Assembly (NCBI GenBank): GCA_963771175.1
Contig: CAVYSY010000058.1
Span: forward strand, 32,001-96,000
DNA: 64,000 nt
Source of the DNA: an uncultured delta proteobacterium
GTDB taxonomy: Bacteria > Myxococcota > Myxococcia > Myxococcales > Myxococcaceae
Direction of reading: 5' to 3'
Position numbers and translations under genes: made by a program. Under the pieces are notes generated by a model that was given only the letters and a program-made list of their open reading frames with translations, made no database searches and was not told the origin of the DNA. Of this stretch, positions 55,744-64,000 are shown one piece after another; positions within the stretch are counted from its first letter, which is position 1, and each line of letters starts with the position of its first letter.

Positions 55744-57544
55744 CAACCCTCCCTCTCCGCCACGCAGAAGCGCTGCACGGTGCCCTTCAGGTCCCTCGCC
55801 AGCGCGGCCAGGTCCGAGTTGGCGGCCACCATCTGCTGGGTGGCCTCGGCGTTCTCCTCGGTGACGCGCAGGATGTCGCCCATGGCCGCGGCGAGCTGAT
55901 CGGTGCCCGTCTGCTGCTGCTGGGTGGCCAGCGGAGATGGAGCGCACCGCGTGCGACGTCTGCCGCGCCAACTCGAGGATGAGGCCCAGGCTCTGGTCCA
56001 CCTGCTCGGCCAGCGAGGCCCCGCGCTCCGTCGTCTTCAGACCCGCCTCCGTCGCCATCACCGCCGCCTGGGTGGCGTCACGGATTTCGTCGATGAGCCG
56101 TTCAATCGCCAGCGTGGAGGACAGCACGTTCTCCGCCAGCCGCCGCATCTCCGCGGCCACCAGCGAGAAGCCCCGGCCCAGGCTCGCCCGCCTTGGTGCC
56201 CTCCAGCTCGGCGTTGAGGGCCAGCAGGTCCGACTTGTCGGCGATCTCGTTGATGAACTCCACCACCTTGCCGATCTGCTGCACCCGCTTGTTGAGCCGC
56301 ACCACCGCGTCGGCGATGGCCTGGTTGTCCTCGCTTCATGCGGTGCATGGCCGCGAGGAAGGCCGCCGCGCTGCTGCTGCCCACTCTGCGCCGCCGCCAA
56401 GGTCGTCTCCGCCATGGCCGACACGGACCTCGGCGTTCACGGCGATCTGCTGGGCCGAGCGCGCCAGCTCCTCGGTGGTGGCGCGCGTCTCGTTGAGCGA
56501 GATGGCCTGCTCCCCCGCCCCGCTCTCCTGGTCCGCCGAGGTGGCCACCAGTTGCTCGGTGGTGGAGGAGATTTGCAGCCCCGCGCGCTGCAACTGCACG
56601 AGCGCCTGGGCGAGCTGCGCCTGCATGCGGGTGAAGGCGGCGGAGACGGCCCACACCTCGTCCTCCGCGGGGATGAAGCGAGGGGTGCGCACCTCGCCCT
56701 GGGCGATGCGCGTGGCGTCCTCCGAGAGGGCGCGCAGGGGCTCGGCGAGCGCCGTGCCGGCCACGTACGCCGTGCCGAGCACCAGCAGCACCACCAGCCC
56801 GGCGAGCCCTCCCAGCGGCAACCCGGTGGCCCGGCGCGCCCGGTGCACCACCTCCCGCTGCACCTTCGGATCCTTCGTCTGGAGGATCTGATCGAACGTG
56901 CTCACGGTGCGGGTCACCGACACGTCGAGGATGAAGACGGACGGGCTGAGCACCGCCAGGGCGGTGAACAGCACCAGTCGCCGCCTCAGCCGCAGCTTCT
57001 CGGGAGGAATGGCGGCGATGACTTCCTGCGGGGACAGCCCCTGCGCGGCGATGCGCTCGGCGGTCCGGCGGCTGCGGCGCACCACCATCAGGTAGACGAG
57101 CATCGCGGACAGCGGCCCGAGCGACAGGCCCACCAGCCCGATGCGGAACCCCATGGTCCAGTGGGCGTCCGCCAGGGGGGTGAACGTCACCGCCAGCAGC
57201 AGCGTGCCGCCGAACCAGCCCTGGAGGGTGAACCAGAAGCAGCGTCCGGGAATGCGACGCACCTCCTGCAATGCCCGGCGCAGGTTGTCCGGCGTGGAGG
57301 GCAGCCGCCCGAACTCCAGCGCCCGCAGCACGCGCAGCGCGTGGCGCGCCTGGGCGCCGGACAGGGCGGCGTTCATCCCCAGCACCAGCACCATCAGCCC
57401 GAGAAAGAGCCAGCCACTGCCCGCGGGCTGCGCGTGGGTGAGCTGGCCATACAACACCGCCAGCACCAACCCCAACGCGCTCCCCAACCAGGACGGACGC
57501 GTGGTCCAGACCGACAAGCCCTTCAGCCCCTCCCGTGCGCTCAA
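55743..57544 (-). CDS. mcp3A: Methyl-accepting chemotaxis protein Mcp3A (frameshifted, TTG start)
   Basis: Same architecture as mcp3B; TTGA and TGATG overlaps with neighbours. Confidence 0.83.
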
Positions 57545-57918
57545 GCGGCCTCCTGGGACGAGGGCGCCAGGAAGCGCCCGAACTCGACCAACGACATCAG
57601 GGGCCACAACGCCCCTCGTGCCTGGACGAAGCCGCGCAGACTGCCGCCCGCGATGTGGCGCAGCAGCGCCGGCGCCGGCAGCAGGGTGAGCGACTCGGCG
57701 TCGATCTCCAGCGCGTCCACGCCCACCGCCTCACCGGTGGCGGCCACGAGGATGCGCTCGGCCCCGGAACTCTCGCCGAAGCCCGCGCGCGCCGAGCCGG
57801 CCGTTCCGCCGAAGGTGCTGGGGGACTCGATGGTGGCCACCTCGTGCGCGGCGAACGCCACGCGCTCGGCCCCCGCCTGGCAGAGGAGCATGCCCGCGAT
57901 ACGACTGCCCGTGAGCAT
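57541..57918 (-). CDS. crdC: Divergent CheW-like protein (CrdC-like)
   Basis: Degenerate CheW fold in Che3; which of the two small genes is crdC is from memory. Confidence 0.55.
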   Translation of the reverse strand: MLTGSRIAGMLLCQAGAERVAFAAHEVATIESPSTFGGTAGSARAGFGESSGAERILVAATGEAVGVDALEIDAESLTLLPAPALLRHIAGGSLRGFVQARGALWPLMSLVEFGRFLAPSSQEAA

Positions 57919-57921
57919 CTC

Positions 57922-58356
57922 TCAGCTTCCCTGGCTGAGGTGATCGAACAGGCCCTCGGGGTCGATGACCGCCACGTCGCGCTGGGCGCTACGGGCGGGC
58001 CCTCGCAGGTGGAGGTGGACTCCGCTCGCGCCCAGGGGCTCCAGGCGACCATCCACCTGAGAGACTCCGGCCACCCGGCTGGCCGTGAGGGCCAGGGTGC
58101 CGCGAGCCAGCCGCACCAGCACCGCCCGGCGGGTGGGCTCGCTCTCCCCGGATACGAGAATCCCCATGTCCACCACCGGGATGACTTCGCCCCGGTGGGC
58201 GAAGACTCCCAGCAGATGCCCGGGGGCACCGGGCACTCGCGTCAGCTCGGGAAAGCTGACGACTTCCGCCGCGCACTCAGCAGGCACGGCGTACCAGCTG
58301 CTACCGCAGGCGAACACGAGGTAGGACTGCCGCGTTTCGGTCTCTGTCGAGGCCAT
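57922..58356 (-). CDS. cheW3: CheW coupling protein
   Basis: ELTRVPGAPGHLLGVFAHRGEVIPVVDM. Confidence 0.8.
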   Translation of the reverse strand: MASTETETRQSYLVFACGSSWYAVPAECAAEVVSFPELTRVPGAPGHLLGVFAHRGEVIPVVDMGILVSGESEPTRRAVLVRLARGTLALTASRVAGVSQVDGRLEPLGASGVHLHLRGPARSAQRDVAVIDPEGLFDHLSQGS

Positions 58357-58384
58357 CAGGGTGCGCAGCCTACCTCAAGGAACG

Positions 58385-59134
58385 CTAGCGTACGAACTCG
58401 ACGCGACGGTTGGCTGCCCAGGCCTCTTCGCTGGAGAGGTTCTCGGTCGGCCGGTTCTCCCCGTAACCCACCGTCTTCATCCGGTTGGCCGGCACGCCCA
58501 GGTCCACCAGGTACTTCTTCACCGAGGCGGCGCGCTTCTGGGAGAGCTGGAGGTTGTACTCCTCGGTCCCCCGCTCGTCCGCATGCCCGGCGAGCTCGAC
58601 GGCGCCCGTGGCACCCGTCTTGAGGCACTCGGCCAGCTCGCCCAGGCGAGACTGGGCCTCGGGGGAGAGGGAGGCCTCGTTGAAGCCGAAGCGCAGCGGC
58701 TCCCAGTTGCACTCGGCCTTCTGGGCGGCCACGCACCGGTTGGCCTGGCACTCCTGGCCCTCGGCGCAGTCGGTGTTGGAGGCGCAGGCGCCCGGCGGCG
58801 TCACGCAGCGGCCCTTCTGGCACTCCTGGATGCCACCGCACTGCTCCTTGCCGGTGCACTGCGGCTCGGCGCACTTGCCGGCCTCGCAGATCTTCCCGGG
58901 GCACTGCTCATCACGCGAGCACTCGGGGCCCTTGGGCACGCACTTGCTCTCCTGGCACGCGAAGCCCTCCTTGCAGTTGGCGTCGGTGGCACACTCCTGA
59001 CACTGGCCGCTGACGCACACCTCGCCCTTCTCCTGGCAGGTCTCGTCGCTCTTGCAGTTGGGGTAGGTGGGCGGGCAGCCCGCCAGCACCGTCACGGCAA
59101 GGGCAAGCCCTGCGACCATCGAAATCCGACGCAT
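58385..59134 (-). CDS. crdB: Cys-rich repeat lipoprotein with Pal/OmpA peptidoglycan-binding domain (CrdB)
   Basis: LAG|C lipobox, Cys-rich repeats, GHADERGTEEYNLQLSQKRA, NRRVEF. Confidence 0.88.
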   Translation of the reverse strand: MRRISMVAGLALAVTVLAGCPPTYPNCKSDETCQEKGEVCVSGQCQECATDANCKEGFACQESKCVPKGPECSRDEQCPGKICEAGKCAEPQCTGKEQCGGIQECQKGRCVTPPGACASNTDCAEGQECQANRCVAAQKAECNWEPLRFGFNEASLSPEAQSRLGELAECLKTGATGAVELAGHADERGTEEYNLQLSQKRAASVKKYLVDLGVPANRMKTVGYGENRPTENLSSEEAWAANRRVEFVR

Positions 59135-59346
59135 TCTTCCTCCAAAAAGTGACGACCCACGGACGGGTCAACCCGCCCGCGTCTAGCCCGCTCTGGAACG
59201 TCGAGTCAAAGTCTTTTGTCCCTGTCGGAAGGTTGCACCCCAAGCCACTCGGGGCCCGAGAAACCCTTGATAGGACGAAGAATTTCCGAGACGCGGCGCC
59301 CGGGACAGGGCCTCCGCCAGGGCCCACCCGCGACGCGTCGGTGCCT

Positions 59347-59411
59347 CACTTCTGGACGTCCAGAAGTGGAATGTAGGACACCGACGCACCTTGCTTCTGG
59401 ACGTCCAGAAG
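59347..59411. repeat. Two copies of palindrome CTTCTGGACGTCCAGAAG
   Basis: Copies at 59349-59366 (extends to 22 bp, 59347-59368) and 59394-59411. Confidence 0.92.
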
Positions 59412-59457
59412 TGGAGGTCCCCCGACAGCCCTCATGCGGGGCTAAGGTGCGCCCAAC

Positions 59458-60961
<1,504 letters not shown>

Positions 60962-61133
60962 GGAATACCCTAGAGCATTTCCCCGAGCCCTCCGCACCTT
61001 CTGCGCCCGGCCGCACGCTCGCATGCAGGATTTGCGGGCGACTGGGAACGCCCGACATGGCACCCCCTCGCACGCTTGCTGCATCCCGACGGCGGCGTTC
61101 CCAGATCGACCGTAATCGCCGAGGGGTCCCCAC

Positions 61134-62099
61134 ATGCTTTCGGTTCGCCACTTCCGACCTGCCCGACTGGCGCGGTCCTCGGGGAATGCCCGCCGCCGCC
61201 TGGGCGAGCTGACACCCGGAGATCGGGTGCTGCTCGACACCTGGCTGGCGGAGGTGAGGCGCCATCCCCTGCTGTCCCGAGAGGAGGAGGGCGCGCTCGC
61301 CCGGCGCCTGCGCGAACGCGGCGACCCAAAGGCCCGCTCCCGGCTGGTGGCCTCGAACCTGCGGCTGGTCGTGAAGCTGGCATGCGAGCACCACCGCCCG
61401 CCCCTCCTCCTGATGGACCTCATCCAGGAGGGCAACCTCGGCCTCGTGCTCGCCGTGGAGCGCTTCGAGCCGGAGCGCGGCGTGCGGCTGTCCACCTATG
61501 CGGCATGGTGGATCCGCGCCTACCTGCTGCGCTTCATCCTGGAGAACTGGCGGCTGGTGAAGCTGGGGACCACGGACGTGCAGCGGAAGCTGTTCTTCCG
61601 GATGAGGCAGGAGGAGGGCCGCCTGCTCGCCTCGGGCCAGGAGGTGACACCGCGGCTGCTCGCCGCGAGCCTGGGCGTCCCCGAGGAGGAGGTCGTCGAG
61701 ATGGATCAGCGGCTGCGCCAGGACGAGGTCCGGCTCGATGCGCCCTCCGATGACGAGCAGGGCCGACCCGTCCCAACGCGCGCGGTTCCCTCGGGGACCC
61801 CCGCCGTGGACGAGGAGCTCGGCCGGCGGGAGCTCACGCACTGGTTCCAGGAGAAGCTCCACACGTTCGCCAGTGGGCTGCACGACGAGCGCGAGCGCTA
61901 CATCCTGGAGCACCGCCTGCTGGCCGAGGAGCCGGAGACGCTGCGGACCATCGGCGAGCACTTCCACGTCAGCCGCGAGCGAGCCCGCCAGGTGGAAGCG
62001 GGGCTGCTCGAGAACATCCGCGAGTACCTGCACGAGCGGATGCCGGACTTCGCGTGGATGCACCCTGCCCCCACGGCCGCGCTATCGGCTCCGAGCTGA
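61134..62099 (+). CDS. RpoH (sigma-32)-family sigma factor
   Basis: DLIQEGNLGL, TYAAWWIRA, RpoH box QRKLFF, SRERARQVE. Confidence 0.9.
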   Translation: MLSVRHFRPARLARSSGNARRRLGELTPGDRVLLDTWLAEVRRHPLLSREEEGALARRLRERGDPKARSRLVASNLRLVVKLACEHHRPPLLLMDLIQEGNLGLVLAVERFEPERGVRLSTYAAWWIRAYLLRFILENWRLVKLGTTDVQRKLFFRMRQEEGRLLASGQEVTPRLLAASLGVPEEEVVEMDQRLRQDEVRLDAPSDDEQGRPVPTRAVPSGTPAVDEELGRRELTHWFQEKLHTFASGLHDERERYILEHRLLAEEPETLRTIGEHFHVSRERARQVEAGLLENIREYLHERMPDFAWMHPAPTAALSAPS

Positions 62100-62189
62100 G
62101 CACGAGACACCCGACACGGCGCGGCAGGGCAATTGCAGAGGAACACCCGAGAACCCACGGGGGCGCAAGTCGTCCCGAGGAGAAGTCAG

Positions 62190-62609
62190 ATGCGGATCGG
62201 CGAGCTGATGACGAAGAGCCTGGAGACCATCGAGGCGGATGCGACGCTGCGCGTGGCGGCCGAGCGGATGCGCGCGTTCGGCATCGGGGCGCTGCCGGTG
62301 ATGGATGGAGACCAGCTCGTGGGAATGCTGACGGACCGGGACATCACCGTGCGCGCGACGGCGGCGGGCAAGGACCCGAACCAGACGCCGGTGCGCGAGG
62401 TGATGACCCATTCCGTCATCACCTGCGATGCGGGAGCCCCCATCACCGAGGCCGAGCACCTGATGGAAGAGAAGGCGGTGCGGCGTCTGGTGGTGCTCGA
62501 CGCGTACAAGAAGCCGGTGGGCATCATCAGCCTGGACGACCTGGCCACGGTGCCGGGTGAGGCGAAGCACACGGGCGAGGTGCTCCGCGAGCTCAACACC
62601 CCGCAGTAG
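62190..62609 (+). CDS. CBS-domain protein
   Basis: Two CBS repeats (GMLTDRDI, GIISLDDL); AGGAG RBS. Confidence 0.9.
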   Translation: MRIGELMTKSLETIEADATLRVAAERMRAFGIGALPVMDGDQLVGMLTDRDITVRATAAGKDPNQTPVREVMTHSVITCDAGAPITEAEHLMEEKAVRRLVVLDAYKKPVGIISLDDLATVPGEAKHTGEVLRELNTPQ

Positions 62610-63144
62610 GCGGGGCACCGTCGGACGAGAAGGGATGGGCGGCGAACCACTCGAAGAGCGAGAGGGTGGCGCCGCTCAGCCGTTCCAGGGTGTCCTCCAT
62701 GGAGTCCTGGTTGCCCCAGATGATGTCCCCATCTCCGTGCTGGTCGAGCAGCCCGCGAATGAAGTGGCACCAGTTGCCCGTGCCCTGGCTCAGGTAGAAG
62801 CCGTACGTCCGGCAGGCCATGGGCCGGTGCTCGTACACCCGGCAGCCGCCGGACTCGCGCTCGAGGAACGGGCAGGTGTAGGGCCGCTGCGTCCCCTGCA
62901 GCTCCGCCGCGCGCGCCCGGACCTCCGCCTGGGCCTCTGGAGGCAGGGCCAGGAAGCCCTCCCAGAGGTACGTCCACTCGAGCCGGGTGACGGTCAGCGG
63001 TGCCGCCAGATGGCGACAGCAGTGGTCGCAGCCCTTGCGGCAGGGCCACCACGTGTGACTCCCGGCGATGGACGACACCCGCTCATCGATGCGCTGGTAG
63101 AGGGCCTCCAGCGCCTTCCGTTGCTCCTCGGTGAGTGACTCCAT
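62593..63144 (-). CDS. YkgJ family CxxGCxxCC cysteine-cluster protein
   Basis: CRKGCDHCC, CPFL, CRVYEHRPMACRTYG. Confidence 0.88.
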   Translation of the reverse strand: MESLTEEQRKALEALYQRIDERVSSIAGSHTWWPCRKGCDHCCRHLAAPLTVTRLEWTYLWEGFLALPPEAQAEVRARAAELQGTQRPYTCPFLERESGGCRVYEHRPMACRTYGFYLSQGTGNWCHFIRGLLDQHGDGDIIWGNQDSMEDTLERLSGATLSLFEWFAAHPFSSDGAPPTAGC

Positions 63145-63194
63145 GGGAAAGGCATCTTGCCGCAGGAGGAGGTTCTGGTGGGCGCACCAATGAA

Positions 63195-63226
63195 GACGCC
63201 CGGGAACCATGGGGCTCCCGGGCGTC
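63195..63226 (-). terminator. Intrinsic terminator after the protease gene
   Basis: GACGCCCGGGA...TCCCGGGCGTC followed by TTCATT on the minus strand. Confidence 0.6.
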
Positions 63227-63262
63227 CGGACTTCAGGGCTTCAGCGCTGCTTCAGAGGAAGG

Positions 63263-64000
63263 CTAGTAGGTGCCCTTCATCGTCACGGCCGTGTACGCGC
63301 TGTAGCCGCGCGAGCAGGCGTACCAGGTACCGGCGCTCGGAGCGCTGATGGTGCAGCTCTCCGTGTTGCCGGAGAGGTACGGGCGGCAGTCGTAGGAGCT
63401 GGTGGTGGGCTGCGCGCCGAACTTCACGTACAGGTCCGCATCACCCGTGGTGCCCGTCTTGCCCGCCTGGTTGAAGACCACCGAGGTCGTCCCGGCCGGC
63501 ACGTTCAGCGTGTAGCAGGTCATCGAGGCCGAGGCGCCCGAGTACTGCGCCGTCTCCACGCCGTTGGTCAGCACGTTGCCGCCACCGCCACCGCCGGTGG
63601 AGTACGAGCCCTTCAGGCTCATGCCCGAAGCGGCCGAGTAGCCGTTGAGCTTCACGTAGTAGGTGCCGGCGCTCGGAGTGGCGAAGGTGCAGGTCTCCGT
63701 GTTGCCGGACGCGTACGGACGGCAGTCGTACGAGGAGCTGGTCGGCTCGGCGCCGAACTTCACGTACATGTCGGCGTCACCCGTGCCGCCGCTCAGGTTG
63801 AACGCCAGGCTGCTGGCGCCCGCGGGGACCGACAGGGTGTAGTTGCAGCTCCAGGCGCCCGCGTCCACGGCGATGCCGGACACCGTCACGCCGTTGGAGA
63901 GCGTCACCGGCGTGCAGGCCGGGGGCGGGGTGGTGCCACCGCCCATGAAGCCGGTGTAGAGCAGCTTGTTCACCGAGCCGGTGCCGGGGCTGGTCACCTT
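63263..64000 (-). CDS. C-terminus of an S8 (proteinase K-like) protease with two PPC domains (partial)
   Basis: ...GSVNKLLY end of catalytic domain, then two repeats GDAD(M/L)YVKFG..PT.SSYDCRPY..GNTE.C. Confidence 0.8.
   Translation of the reverse strand, partial: KVTSPGTGSVNKLLYTGFMGGGTTPPPACTPVTLSNGVTVSGIAVDAGAWSCNYTLSVPAGASSLAFNLSGGTGDADMYVKFGAEPTSSSYDCRPYASGNTETCTFATPSAGTYYVKLNGYSAASGMSLKGSYSTGGGGGGNVLTNGVETAQYSGASASMTCYTLNVPAGTTSVVFNQAGKTGTTGDADLYVKFGAQPTTSSYDCRPYLSGNTESCTISAPSAGTWYACSRGYSAYTAVTMKGTY

Noticed and set aside
59347..59411. Mini-CRISPR
   Set aside because: Only two copies, fully palindromic 18-mers, no cas genes or leader
61058..61072. Sigma-54 promoter before the sigma factor (TGGCACCCCCTCGC)
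   Set aside because: Only 9 nt between GG and GC instead of 10; a homopolymer error is possible but unsupported

Overview
High-GC myxobacterial chromosome segment (Cystobacterineae/Archangium-like by gene content and order). A conserved backbone carries an Flp pilin, the developmental mrpABC locus, fatty-acid beta-oxidation genes, an M1 aminopeptidase, argS, msrB, an orphan DNA methyltransferase, rpmE, the complete Che3/CrdAB chemosensory locus, a sigma-32-type factor and a subtilisin fragment. Accessory blocks lie at about 11.6-22.6 kb, 25-34.8 kb and 38-45 kb. Many genes, including essential argS, carry 1-nt indels that look like sequencing error, so gene coordinates span the reconstructed frames. 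Highlights: (1) an exported UshA-like protein with an in-frame TGA in a CxU motif and a correctly spaced bacterial SECIS hairpin, i.e. a selenoprotein missed by the ORF track; (2) an RbfA paralogue translationally coupled to an RtcB RNA ligase, under a 17-codon leader ORF and structured leader (candidate ribosome/16S rRNA repair system); (3) a UbiA protein with terpene-cyclase-type motifs directly upstream of an orphan chemoreceptor and a GT-C glycosyltransferase; (4) a lipoprotein nuclease/immunity-like cassette with DUF2381; (5) Che3 sitting between a Pal-like gene and a cpoB-like gene. No rRNA, tRNA or CRISPR array was seen. Family names come from motif recognition, not database searches.
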